From Orbicella franksi (taxonomy: Eukaryota), in NCBI GenBank assembly GCA_964199315.1, contig OZ116699.1, positions 1,116,001 through 1,180,000 of the forward strand: a DNA stretch of 64,000 nt, written 5' to 3'. Below the pieces are notes generated by a model, which was not told where the DNA came from, ran no database searches, and saw only the letters and a list, made by a program, of their open reading frames with translations. Each line of letters begins with the position of its first letter. Position 1 is the first letter of the stretch. The translations under genes were made by a program, and so were the position numbers. Positions 49,301 to 62,129 of the stretch are shown piece by piece.

Positions 49301-52300
49301 CTGATCCTATTTAAGATAATATTATTAAGAAACCTCAGTCAACTGAAATTGAGCTTTCTTGTTTGACTTTCTTTTTCCTTTTGAGCTAGCACTGCACTAA
49401 ACACAGCAGGACATTGGGTATTTTTTGACGGCATTGTGTTGAGGTGACTTGTGACCTTGTTTTTTTTTCTTGAGCAATGAAAGTGCCTTTGGTCGTACTC
49501 ACATTGATTACTTGTTATCAAACAGCATCAAATTTGAAATATAAATCATACTTACAGTCCTTAAGGTGTTGAATTGGCAAGACTTAACCAGGTGAATAAC
49601 ACTGACGGTTTCACTTGTTCAGACAGACTATTTGATTGGGGTCAATATGTTGTCCTTGGTTACTTCTGAAGTCATGTTTTTGTAGACATGTTTTTGTAGA
49701 CATGTTTTCTCTTATCAGACCCCTGTCAGACCTTGGCTTATTGCCCAAACGTGATTTAAATTTTATTGCGTGCCTACAATTGCTCATGTGATCAACTCAT
49801 TTCCTTGCTTCAATGTGAAATTTCTTTTTATTTGAACAATTTTTATCCTTCAGGGAATTTCACATTTAGGTGTTTTATATAGTCAGTAATCAGTAAGGCC
49901 TATTGCTGGTTTCTGTATAATTTTTTGCTGCTGTGCTTTTATTGCAAATTACTTGATATTGATAAGCAAGACCAGTCCTGTTTCCTTCAACGTTTTTTTA
50001 CATTATTATTATTAATTCAAACGTTAACATTTATGATCAGACTTCTTTTTGAGCAATTCACCCTCATGTTAAAAAATGCTAAAGAAAAAATCTTGCTCTC
50101 TTTACTTATGTCACTCCTGCTTTCTTCATTTTAACAGTTAGAAATCTGATTCAAAGCCAGCGCTTGGAGAGATGCTTTTAATTAAACTTGCGTTATCTTG
50201 TCTGACTCGTAAATTGCTTTTTTGTTTTTACTGGCCAAATCTTTGGACAGTGTTGAAGGGAGTCACTAGAGCAGTGAAAATGGAAACACTTCTTGTAATT
50301 GTGACCAATTTTAGCTATTATCTTTTTTAGAAAGTTTTTGTGATCAATAGGTTTACAGCTGCGTATCACAGCAGCCAAAACTGAGACCATTTTAGGTCAA
50401 CTTGGGTCAACTACGCTCTAGAATGGTTTTGTTTTGGTTATGGCTGTATGTAAATTTATGTAATCATTTCTGTTTAGTCTATGGTTTTCCTACGAAAATG
50501 AGCACAGTATCTCAGGAACGCAATGATCGAAGCATTTCAGACGTGTTTAACTGTTGCCGATTCTTTACTTTGAAGCAAATCATTAGCGCGCCCTCGTTTA
50601 ATTTCAGCATTCCTCTGATAGAAGTTCTTCCCTGCTGTAGCGATTCTCGTGTGTTAGCACATGTACCCACTCTCGAAATATGAGCGCCTATGTTACGTAA
50701 GAGACGAAAGTCTGTGAGGATTTGCATGGAGTAAAGCAATTCTATTTTAAAATCTGAAAAGGTGAACGAGACTTATAAAAACTAGTTTCCATTAGTTAGG
50801 TCCTGTTTCTTTATGTCCCGTCATGTTACTGATTCGATTTATGATAATCTGTGGCAATTTGCCCTTTAAAAATGGGGCAAAACTAGGGGTAAAACAACAT
50901 TGAACTAAAAAATCACCTAAGGAATCATTAATCGCACTCAGAAACTGTACCAGAAAGAAAAATAATAAAGGAAAACAACTGATTGAGACAAGATGATCTA
51001 TTTTTATTGAAATTGCGTTGATATGTGTAAGTTCTAAAATGTAACCTTTTGTACTCCTAGAAATCCTTCAATTTCGACCGTTGCGAAAAGTACACTGCCG
51101 CGTTCATATTTTGACGAACCACTGACGAGGAGATAACGCTCGGAAAAAATCACTGCTATGGTTGATTTACCCTCCTCAACTTTTTTACTTGTTTGCCGAT
51201 GCAGCGCAACACTTTGCAACACGTTTTGAGCTTGGCCTGCCTGTGGTATCAAGTTATGTAATGTCCTGCCATATTCGAGAATGTGAGAATGTAGTCTGGA
51301 GAATGGATCATTTCATTTAAGAAGCTTTATTTCTCAACGACTGTCTTCAAGAAAGTGCTTGTGAGTTGACGTGGACTTTCATAAAAATTTGAACAGGTTC
51401 AAATTCCATGAGATTTGGAGTCGCTAAGGCCCGCACACGCAGGACTTTGTCGTCAAACGGACTATTTTCGCAACTCAAATTAATTTTTCTGACAACTCCT
51501 ATTTATTTTAAAGTAACCCTCAAACTCCGATCAAATTCTTGCAAATCTTACCTTCGGATTTGTCCTGGTGTTGTTCACGTTTTCGCATTCGCAGCTCAAA
51601 GTTATTTCCCTTGCAGTTCGCGTGTATCTGATTTGACTCTTGAGGTTAATTCCCATGGGTGAAACTGATATTCAAGAGACAACAGATAATTCTGGGGTAT
51701 TGACCCCTGGAAAGTGCCAAAACGTAACGGCATTTTCAGATCGCACACATGGCGCGACACTGAAACATACCAATCACCAAGTTAGCGGAATTTTAGCAGC
51801 AAGAAATAGCTATAAAACACCTAAACGACAAATTTTTAATTGCTGGGTTATTTTAAACCTTAACCGCAGACCAATGATCGAAACCAAAAATCCCTCAAGA
51901 TAGTCGCTTTGTGAGGTGAAAAAAAGAAAAAAAGAAAAACACCGTGGCAGTGATTATCCGAGAATTAGCGAGGAAATTAAGACAGATTGCGGACGATGAA
52001 CTTGAAAAAAATTAGCCAATTTTTTGAAATGCGCTGACCTTTTACAGAGACGTTACTCTTACAACTTTTCGTGAAAAGAAAAAACCGAAACTGTGATCTG
52101 TCATTGATAAATTTGCCACTGACTGCGTTCGAGTCAGTGTGACAAGTCCATTGGTCTTTTCGAGGAGTGTTATGGCTTCGCAATGTTCCCTTGTTTTTAA
52201 CTGGAGCGGAAGTGATGCGAGAACCAAGGCCAACACTCCTACCTAAGAAGCAGCTGACGGACTAGCGATACATCGCGTGTTGATTAAGACTAAGAAGTAA

Positions 52301-55300
52301 CAAAGTCCGGCTAGATCTGTGAATATTTGAAAGTTAAGAACCCTTGGAGAATACAGTTTCCGTTGACATGTTCACAAGGTTTTCTCAGCGGGACGTGGAA
52401 AAGAATGCGAACTAGTTCGAACTCGGTTGTAAGAATTTGTTTAAAAATGTTGAAAATGAAAATTTTTCTTCTAATCGTTCGTCGCGGACTTTTCGTTGTT
52501 TTGGTTGTTTCGTTGATCGTCACCGTGACGCTGCCTTCACGGGTCCGGCACGTGAGTATCCAGTTTTAGTAAGTCTACAACTCTTGCATCAGTTACAAGT
52601 CTTGTCTATTAAGTCAAATAAAAAACCGTCAAAGCTTTGACAAGACCTCCTCACGGATAGACCATCGTGCCCTAATAAGTTACTCGTATATGTGAAGAGA
52701 AATCTCGGTATAAGATGGTTGTTGATCTTTGACTATTGTTTTCTGATGGTCCTGAAAACATACCGATCAGTTCTCAAAGTTTCGACCCTCGTTAGTTCGG
52801 AAATTTATCACTACTTCTAGAGGGTCGTAACGTTCTGGGGATCACTTCTTTCGGGTTGATAAAACGGGTACCATATTGTGATCGAAGTTTTTCTACATGC
52901 AGAGATCCGGAAAGAGTAAATATTGTGGAAAATAATTTGAACTACATCAAAACTTAGTTACATATTTCCTTTGGAGTTGGGGTTCATGAAAACATCTTGT
53001 TGAACCGGTATTTTCATTTGAACACACTAAGTCAAATGGCGTGTAAACTCGCTACTTTCGGAGTGTTGCTACTTGCGGGATTTGCTAGCAACCATAAAAT
53101 TATATCGTAGCTGTTTGTTTCGAGCGTGATGGTGCTCATTTTCGGAACGTTATATAACGTTGAGAAACCTCTTCGAATGTTGGTGGCTCACGTACAAGTC
53201 ACTGGTGCGGCACGGGACCATCACGCCCGTCATCACGGCCCACTTGTCACGTGTTTTCCAAATAATTTTTACGGTGAAGAAAACGCCTTTCTTCGCTTCC
53301 TTGATGTATTTCTTATGTTGCGGTGAAAGTTTAGGCCATTTTGAAGCAGTTTCAGCGAGGTTTAGCCTAACTGTTTTCTGAAACTCGTTGAAATAGTTTC
53401 AAAACAGCCTAACCCTGCATAAGAAATACACATTGGATGCGAAAACAAGACGTTTTTTCTGCCTTTCTTTTTCCTCGTTTCGAGTTGCTGAATACGTTTG
53501 TTACATTACCGTAAAATTCTTATATTAACGTTGTTTCACGGTATCGTAATGACACTTATCGAATCAGGGGCACCCAAAGGATTATTTTACTATATCAACA
53601 GTTCGGAAGGCTTGTAATCCTGTCCAATTTTCTTAAGAGAATATTACTACCTTGAACTTTCGTGATATGAGATATTTAATGCTGTCGTTTTCGGATTGAT
53701 AAAAATGTCGTTTTGGGCACCAAGAAAAGGTCAGCAATGATTTGCGGAAAAGCAAAAACTGAAGACCTAAGGTTTTCGGGAAATGGTAAAGCCCTAAAAA
53801 AATTGGAATGACTCAATTTTCCCTACGTGACCGAACAGATAAAAGTTTTTTTAGCGCAGCTTAAAATTGAAGCACATAGCTATAAAAGCACTCCAGATAG
53901 CCTAAGACAACATTTTAAAGCATTTGAGAGAAAACCGTCGTTAGGTGCCCCTGCCTTGGAAAAGCTATAGTTTTACTTACCTGTGCCACGCACAATCAAG
54001 TTCTTTTCACGCGTTACCCACGAAGAACTGGCTGGGATTGAGTCAAATATCTCTCTGAACACAATAGTGAAAATAAGATCAAAGTTCATTTGACATGTGG
54101 AACGTTGTTTTCGTTTTCTCACCAGTTCGTTTATGGAGCCTACACTCTTACACCAACGTAGTTGCCTACAAGGGACACAGCTTTCCCGTGTGGGCCCTGG
54201 ACATCAGTCCTCAATGTCTGTACTTCGCCACTGGTTCCCAGGACCGCACAGCCAGGCTATGGAATTTGGAGTATACATTTCCCTTGAGAATATTTGCAGG
54301 ACATCTTCAAGACGTCGATGTAAGTACAAGTGCTCATTACAGAGCGCTTGTTAAAACGCTTTCGAGTTAACGCAAGCTTGCAGAGCAATTTCAAGCATAA
54401 GAATTTCCGAATAACTCGGATGTCGACGCCCTCAAAATAAGTTTCAAAGTTTCTGTTTCGAGTCGATTCCCGATAACTCGAACCTTCCGGGGAAATAGTA
54501 AAAGGCTCGAGTTATCAAGGGTAAAATTATATAGAAAATGGCCTGAAGGGAAATGAAAATTACTTCGAGTTAGCGGGGGGTTCGAGTTAGCGAGGGTTCG
54601 AGTTACGGGAGTCAACTGTAAGTGCGAAAAAATGTGGCGAGCTCCTCGAGCGGGCAAGATGAACCAAATCCAGCGCTATGATTGGCTAACCTAGTAGACA
54701 AGAAGGAACTTTGTTATATGGCTAGCTCCGTGAGTGGTCCAAGATGAACTTAATCCTGCTCTGTGATTGGCTGTCCGAGCGGGCAAGATGGCGCTATCTT
54801 GCCCGCTCGGGATTAGGCGCTGTGTTCCGCAAGAAAAGTGTTTCCCGAAGCCAAGTCTGGTTCAGCAATGTCCATATAATAAAGTCTTTTATTGACCAAG
54901 CTTGTTCGGTCAAAATGGCTGGTTATTGGCCTTTATGCGATTTTGCGGACCTCGACTCCGTCTCGGTTCATAACCACGCAAAAAAGACCATGGCCAATAT
55001 CCAGCCATCTTGACCTCACGCTTGGTCAATAACCCACATATCTTGACCTCAAGATTGTTCCGTAACCCACATTCTTATAGCCTTACGAGTTAAAATACGT
55101 TTTTCTTCCAGTGCGTGAAATTTCATCAAAACTGTACGTACCTCGCCACAGCTTCCACCGATCAAACTTGTCGACTGTGGGACCTGCAGTCGGGAAACTG
55201 TGTCAGACTTTTCACAGGACACAAGGTACTTGAACAACAACAATAACAATAACATGCAATGAATTCCCTCTTTTACGAAGAAAAATTGACATCGCTGCAG

Positions 55301-56081
55301 GAAAGTGATTATTAAGAACCCTTCATCTTGCCGCCACCAAAATGGTCTTGCTGGTAGTAGTAGTTTTCGTGTAATAAAGTCTCGATAGATCTCAGTTGAC
55401 TAGCATAGTTCTTTGAAGAAGTGTACAAGTTGTTTGTGTCAGACACACTTCGGAAGGTGCCGCACTTAGAAATTGGCGGTAATTTTCACCTCACGTCATC
55501 ATAATTCTACAATTTGATTTGCTGAAAGGCAACACGTCACGCCAGGGCTTTATGCGGAAAAACAGAAAGATTGTCGGCGACGAGATTTCAAACTGAAAAG
55601 ACTAATTTTCACGTAATTTGAATTTTCTTGATTGTTCGGAAACGTTTTCCCCTACAACAAAACAAAGTAAGTTAGCAAGTTGAATCCTTCGTTATTTTTT
55701 CTTCATTACTCGTAGGGTTCAGTTAATGATCTGGCAATTTCTCCTGACGGCCAATACCTGGTGTCCGCTGGAGAAGACCGGCGCATTCGTCTTTGGGACT
55801 TATCCGCTGGAAGCATGATAAAAGAACTACGCGGGCACACGGACACGGTGTACAGCCTCGCTTTCAGCGCGGATGGGACTCTACTGGCTTCAGGAGGTCT
55901 GGACAGTAGTGTGAGGGTGTGGGACTTTGGACAAGCCGTGAAGACTTCTAGTAACAGCAACTCTAGCGCTGCTGTGTCCCCCGAATTAATGGCTTCCTTC
56001 CCAACTAAGAACTGTTCAGTTCACTGCGTGCAGTTTAGCAGCTGTAATTTAGTTCTTGCGGCTGGCTCACAAACGCCTTGA
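46314..56081 (+). CDS. TAF5L: TAF5-like SAGA/PCAF-complex subunit (NTD2 + WD40), 6 exons, 595 aa
   Basis: join(46314-47143,47861-48006,48380-48517,54126-54319,55112-55225,55716-56081) = 1788 nt. The N-terminus EQVSNVITSFLKQRTYTDSE, LFPLFANIYLDL, the WD repeats (GHSGSVY..SASEDTSVRLW, GHSFPVW, AGHLQDVDCVKFH, SAGEDRRIRLWDL, LRGHTDTV) and the C-terminal SCNLVLAAG resemble TAF5L rather than TAF5. Confidence 0.9.
51672..54089 (-). other. Candidate antisense spliced unit nested in TAF5L intron 3 (possible 115-aa ORF)
   Basis: join(54089-53981,52242-52039,51706-51672) is open and phase-compatible, with CAG|GTAAGT and AAG|GTCAGC donors and pyrimidine-rich acceptors. No domain recognised. Confidence 0.25.
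53565..53953. mobile_element. 389-bp TIR element (CAGGGGCACC ends)
   Basis: CAGGGGCACCCAA ... TTAGGTGCCCCTG; no TSD preserved. Confidence 0.7.
54460..54618. mobile_element. Tc1/mariner-type MITE with TTCGAGTTA subrepeats, decayed left end
   Basis: Right end ttcgagttacgggagtcaactg|TA; left end agtcgattcccgataactcgaac. Confidence 0.6.
54630..55045. repeat. Interspersed repeat (GAGCGGGCAAGATG / GGCCAATATCCAGCCAT family)
   Basis: Internal palindrome cgagcgggcaagatggcgctatcttgcccgctcgg; 3' part matches 12605-12760 in reverse. Confidence 0.7.
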
Positions 56082-57289
56082 GGGGGGATAGGGTGGGGGA
56101 AGGGCAGCGGCGACATCCGAACGCTTGAAAAGGTGCCGAAAACCTTCCGACTCTATTGGAGCCAATCATGTCCGAAAGTTTCTTGTTAGTATGCTGTCGA
56201 TGCACAGGCGGGAAATAAGCACGGGAAGCGAGCGCGAGAAACAAGCGCGGAGAGCAAGGGTAGGAAAAAACGCGTGCGTGGACCACACGCTAGAAGAAAG
56301 AAGCGAAAAGGTCTATTTTTCTTTCTCTACCTCCCTCTCGTTCCATTTAGACCTTCGCCAATTCATCTACCCACAAAGCATCTAATAGTATACCACAAAA
56401 GTTTGCAATGTTTTGTTTATAAAGTGTATCGAGGGATTCGCTGACTTGCATAGTGAGATACTGACAAAATTAAATTTGATCATGGCACACCAGACAGATT
56501 TGTTATCAAATTTTAAACACAATCAGGGGTATTTTGCTGCAGTTTTTTGTCAAACCCGACGAAGTACTTACCGAAGGACATACCCTCATTCACGAAAAGC
56601 GATTTTATGAAAAGAAAAAAGTCCGTCTACAAACTCATGGGTTGGCGGGGGGGAACATTACGAACCATCGACAGACAACGAAACACTCTTTCTTGAAGGT
56701 GTGCGAAAGCATTGTCATTTAATAGCTAGCCAGGGAAATTCTAAACCACTGACCAAAGTCGGGGGAACTCATTTTAAGATTTCTACAGGATTTAGCTATT
56801 GTGTTTATAGCAACCCTCTTATGATCAATGAAAAGTGCTTTCTGTAAGAAAGATCAAGGTAAATTTAAAGTGTAAACTGGCTGAGCAAATTTCTGCATGT
56901 TTCCACATAACTTTTATCACTGACGGCCCCAAAGAACGGCTGCGGCCCCCTTGAAAAGGAGAACAATTTTCATTCCTTGTTGAAGATTACAGCCCCAAGA
57001 CAAATAAGATCACAGAGTCAAATTGTTTTTATTAATTTTCATTCATTTTACAGCTTTAGTTTTCTGCTCTACATTTATTCCTGTACAAAAAATGACTTGG
57101 GTCGTATTTACAGCACTCCTGAGAAACTTGTGGCAACAAAAATAATAAAGATTGATTAGAGCGCAATGCTTTATTGGAGGCAAAAAATGAACATCCAAGT
57201 TTCTTTGTAAAAACTATTCCAAAAAAAAAAATACGTGCTTATAAATTCTACATATTTGGAAAGAAACATAAGCGTATTTAAGACTATAA

Positions 57290-57435
57290 ACAGGAAGCGA
57301 GTGCAATCATATACCTTCGCCAATGAGAAAGGTTTTTTGTTGGGTTTCCTAACTTTTCAGCCAATGAGGGAGAGGAAAGAACCGCACGTAAGGCCGGTTG
57401 ATTGAACACTAAGCTTGGCTTTTGATTGGCTTAGC
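57290..57435. promoter_or_regulatory. Cluster of three NF-Y/CCAAT boxes with no assigned gene
   Basis: CCAAT at 57320 and 57361, ATTGG at 57425 (AGCCAATCA on the minus strand); ETS-like CAGGAAG just upstream. Confidence 0.35.
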
Positions 57436-57710
57436 GGTCAGGAAAACCAACTATGTGCATGGCAGTGGTATAGAACACCGCTTCAACAAATAATTATTAA
57501 ATAAATATCTAACACACACGATTCTGATATATGCGGAAATTATCGCTTTTCGTATTAATTCTTTCACTAAAAACTGTTATTGCATTCTTCCTTACATCCA
57601 AGACACTACGTCAAGCTCACATTCTAAACGCACGAACCTACACTTCAAGTTTGATAAATAGCTCGCATAAGTGAATTGCGTGATGTGTAATCCCAAAATT
57701 GTCGCGCCTA

Positions 57711-58046
57711 AGACAGCGTGCACACTACGCCGGAGAAATTTCAAAACGCAGCTTTATTTCTGCGGTTAGACCTACCGTCCACACTAATCCGTCACCAAAA
57801 CGCCATTCAAACCTGAGGAATTTGAAACTGCCGGCTTTTCGTTCTCGTGTGGACGGAAAACATTTTGAAAACAGAGATTTTCGAAAACAATGGCTTCACG
57901 ATAATCACGTGATTTCCCTGACCGAGTTTTACTCCAACTCAAATCCAAAATGACCGGTGATTAAATTCCTCTGGTGTAGTGTGGACGGAAAACATTTGAT
58001 GCGTTTTCAGAGTGAAATCTCCTCCGGTGTAGTGTGGATGGGGTCA
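57711..58046. mobile_element. PIF/Harbinger-like MITE, second copy of the 13601-13910 family
   Basis: cacactacgccggagaaatttcaaaacg ... ctccggtgtagtgtggatggggtc, with internal gtgtggacggaaaacattt repeats shared with 13601-13910. Confidence 0.7.
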
Positions 58047-58697
58047 AATATTTCTAGTAGAATGATGGAGATAACTCAAGGATGGAAACGGGCTGTAATT
58101 TTGTTGGGCACTATGTTGAACTGTGTGTCCGGAAGTCGAGTCACGACTGGCTTATCTTAAAAAAACTTAGCTTCTTCGTCTTCGCTCGTATTCAGATACG
58201 CCTTCATCTTACCCGGTCTTAACTAATCGTTTCTTCTTGGTTTATTAGTGCCTCTTTCGTAATTTTCTAACATGATGTACCATAACCATAACGAAGCGGT
58301 TTTCTTCAATTAAGAGATATTTTTAAACATTGCAAAGTGACTTAAATATACGATGATGTCAATTCAAAACAAAATTACAAGTAACAAATATCGCGTTGAC
58401 ATGTTTGAACAAAACAGCGTGATAGACTAACCGTTTCATGAATGAGTATGTTCTTTTCTAGAATTTGTTATGATAGTCCAATTGAATGTTATTAAAAACT
58501 GGATCACTGGATAACGCAATTCAAGAGTTTTCATTGGCTTAGCCATCATGGTATATGGACGATTATACCATGCTCTACAAATATGCTAAGCCTTCGCGGA
58601 TTTTTTTTTTGGGGGGGGGGGCGGGGTGGGGTGGGAGTGTTTATATTTCATTTTAGTTTTCCGTATTGTGGATGGCGTTTTTAATAAAATAATTTTT

Positions 58698-58793
58698 CCA
58701 CTTGCGCTTGCTGGATATGAGATGGTTACAGCCAAATTGGCGCTAGGCACCTCACTGGCTATCTACCATCTCATATCCACCAAGCGCAAGTGG
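58698..58793. repeat. Near-perfect ~37-bp stem hairpin at the end of an interspersed repeat (about 58500-58805)
   Basis: ccacttgcgcttgctggatatgagatggttacagcca pairs with tggctatctaccatctcatatccaccaagcgcaagtgg around a 21-nt loop. Confidence 0.8.
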
Positions 58794-61341
58794 AGTAATT
58801 GTTAATTGTTTACGCTGTGGTGTTTAAATCAATACAACCTGAACATATGAAAAAGTTTCTTTTTCGAACAATTTACCATATTACTTGTGAAAAAAAATAC
58901 TTTTCCGCAAAGTCTAGTTGTTATTTTGTTATAAAGGGCAAATGGAATTTATCAACCTTTCAATCTATTTGTAGTCATGCACAAAAAATAACACTTTTGG
59001 CCGCATCAAGGTTAACACTAATAATCAGTGTTAAATATCATACAAAATTAGAATTCCAATTGTACGACAAAAGAGCAAGTAAAAAATTTTGAGCGAACGC
59101 TCGACCTAAGTGGAAATCACATCGTTAAATTCATTAAATAATTCATTTGAAATGTTAGTCTAAATGGCTAATCTTATGGCACACAAAAACTTGAAAATAA
59201 TTTGACAACGGTATGACTAACTTTCATTGACAATTTCAAAATTACTTCATGTAAAATAATATAATTACTGAAAAAAATTCAGATTGGACATGTAGTTCAA
59301 ATTTTCTAAGGTTTGGAATTACTGTATTACAGAGTATTTGCCAGCACTAACAAATTGAGGAAATCGCTCCATGCTTGCAAAATCACATTGACAAATATCC
59401 AAAAACTAAAATGTTCATTGATCTACTTGGTGTACAAATTAATGTTCAAGAGACGTCTCAACAAATTTGAAGATGTTTTCCAAATTATACTCAAAGCTTC
59501 AATTTTGAGATTGAAATGAAAACATATCACCTTTTCAGTCACCTAAGGACAGCTATTATTAACCTATTCCTAAAAGGGTTTCTCCCTACCATATCCATAC
59601 AATACCAAGAACATAGGTGAGGAGAATAAGGAAGTTTATCAACTATTTCACATGATGACACGGCTGCCATATTGTTCCTAAACAAGAAAATTTCTCTCTT
59701 TTGCAAAAGAGCTCTTTCCTTATAAAACCATGTCCTAATATTCTGGGAACACAGCTGCAGTGCCACTGTATACGGAGTAATATCATGGGTGACAAATTAC
59801 TCCTCGATCTCGGGGCAAAATTTCAGTGCTAATTTATAATTTCACACGTGAAATTACAAAATTGCTTGGCACAAAATTTCTCAGTACAATAAACAAGTCA
59901 AAAACCCAGGATTGTAACCGTAATTATTTGTCACCTACTGCATTAAAAGGTAATCAAATGGTACACTTGTGAAATTCACTGAGAAATAATTTCATAAAAA
60001 GGCTCAATAAAAGTGTCAACTTTTGATATTTGGAACATGGAAAATTTGACAATCAAAGTGGCTACAGAATTAAGATGGATCTACAGGAACCAAAAAATAG
60101 CATCCACGAGAAACCATACTCCGAAAAGGAGATCAGTTCAAATTATGATTTCGTACCAAAAAAAAATATTTAAAATAACCATCTGGCTCATGATTTAGAA
60201 ATCAGTGCAGTAAATTTTGCCTACTTCTCTACTGCCACAATAGTGGCTACATTGTACAGCATATAGCAATATTCTATGAATAGTTAAATTTACATGAACA
60301 CATATAAAATACTCTCCAAAAGGAGACATAACATATAACTATCACTGCACAATGGCAATGAGGCAATGATTATGCAACAAGTACCATCACCAAAATATGC
60401 CTAAAAATACATCCAAAAAAACCCCTAAACATTCAAGCTACATAATATGTGTTATTTAACAATGGTTACATTTTCTAGTAACAAAATTAATATAGTCAAT
60501 TAATTTTGAACAGAAAATGGGGACAACCAATGTAATTTTTAATTATTACTGTATTTAATTAGTAGAAATTTGCCATGGATCAATATTGTGGTTACATTTG
60601 GCACCCATAACACATCAGTTCAATGGCACAGCCTTCAAAACTTTGAACAAGATCACACATCTGACTGGGGGAAAAAATTGTCGGAGACCATAGAGCCAAT
60701 CTAACTGAACTAAATTGAAACAGGCCATGGCATATTTGCACTAAAATACTTCTAAGGCCCCAAGACTCTCTAGCTGCAATTTTAAATGCAAATTTTGGGT
60801 GCAAAACTGATGAAACAAATTTCATTTACTCATAGCTGCTACTTGATAAGTTTTCCAAATAACAAGATACAAAAATTGACCAACTTAACCACACCCCACA
60901 AACTTGATATCCCTGTAACAATTTCCTACACAAAGAATACCTGAAATTTTCTACCATAACTTAGTGCATCAGAAAGAGTTATTATAAAAATTCAAATGCA
61001 CAACTGCACTGAAATATGATTCCTTTTGCTCCCAAATATAACAAAACAGCTCCTTGTATCATAGCATCTAACAGCCAAACAACAATGGCAATTCTTTATC
61101 ATTAGTTAAACATCAAATTTCATTCTCTGAGTTTGCAATCAACAGGTCATCGCGCCCTGCCTGAACACTCTCCCCAGCCTAAATACATGTTTTGCTTAGC
61201 TAGATTGCGAAAACAGACATTTTGATGTTGCAAGATTGTTTCCATCCACTGTGAGAGAAAACTTCAAAATGCGATACAAATATCTAATTTAGTGGACTGT
61301 ACGTATCTGCGATAACGGACAACTCAAGTTTAAAGCAACTA

Positions 61342-61406
61342 CAGTCAAACCTGTATTAAGCAGTCACCCTCGGGGAATGGCTAAGTGACCACTTAATACG
61401 GGCTGC
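61342..61406. mobile_element. Truncated Tc1/mariner-type MITE end
   Basis: TA|CAGTCAAACCTGTATTAAGCAGTCACC, the same terminus as 25345; no right TIR seen. Confidence 0.45.
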
Positions 61407-62129
61407 AATAAAAACAGTTCAAATACAATCAGTGCTAAAAAGACATTTGACCTCACGGGGAGGGGGGTGGGTCACATTGGAAGAAGGCCAAATCAAATTA
61501 TCATCTAATGAAATATTGTCTGCATGGAAATTTTAAATTCTGCTAACATTATCATGACTTTTCTCACATAGGAGGGAATCAGTGCAAGATGAGGCGTCTG
61601 TTTCCTCAAAGCCACAAAACCACATGTACCTGCCAGTGTTATGTTTTCAAACAAAAACAAAACAAACAATTCGTTGATACTTTTTACCCTCATCCTCATG
61701 CCCCTACTGGGCAAACTATTAAAAAGGCAAACTCAAATAGGAGTACCTTTCTGTTCTGTGAACAAATAAGAAAATTACATGCTCTGCCCAAAGCCAATGT
61801 CTGCATACTAAGTTTGCATACTAGTACATGTACCACTCATCCAGTGCCAATTAAAACAAGATACGAACACTTCAGGGGTTTCATTAAGGGCCAGGCACCG
61901 GACAAGTTAACTGGAAGTGAAGTCAATTTTGCCTGCCTGGTTTGACCATCTAGAGGAAAGTGTTTCTCACAAAGAAGTTCAGTTCAAAAAGATCTGCTTG
62001 CCTGTGAGAACCAATTAAACCACTTTATGAAACCCCTGTGGACATTATGAAGCTTTCAGAACGGATGACAAAAATTAGACAGTCATGATCTTAACTGCAG
62101 CTTACCTTAACCTTTTTAATGTCTGTTAT

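Noticed and set aside
53192-53414. Minus-strand segment that first looked like a long coding exon joined to 54089-53981
   Set aside because: On recount the phase-1 frame stops after about 17 codons (ggc taa); the longer open stretch is in another frame and the 5' part is a repeat-like hairpin.
53408-53416. CCTAACCCT resembling a telomerase RNA template (also CTAACCCT near 2592)
   Set aside because: Short chance match; no pseudoknot, CR4/5 or H/ACA elements nearby.
53975-53990. ACTTACCTG resembling the U1 snRNA 5' end
   Set aside because: The downstream sequence does not match U1; it is the reverse complement of a splice donor.
59539-59766. 75-aa minus-strand ORF and similar short ORFs at 58-62 kb
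   Set aside because: No domain or supported splice chain; probably ZNF 3' UTR or intergenic DNA.
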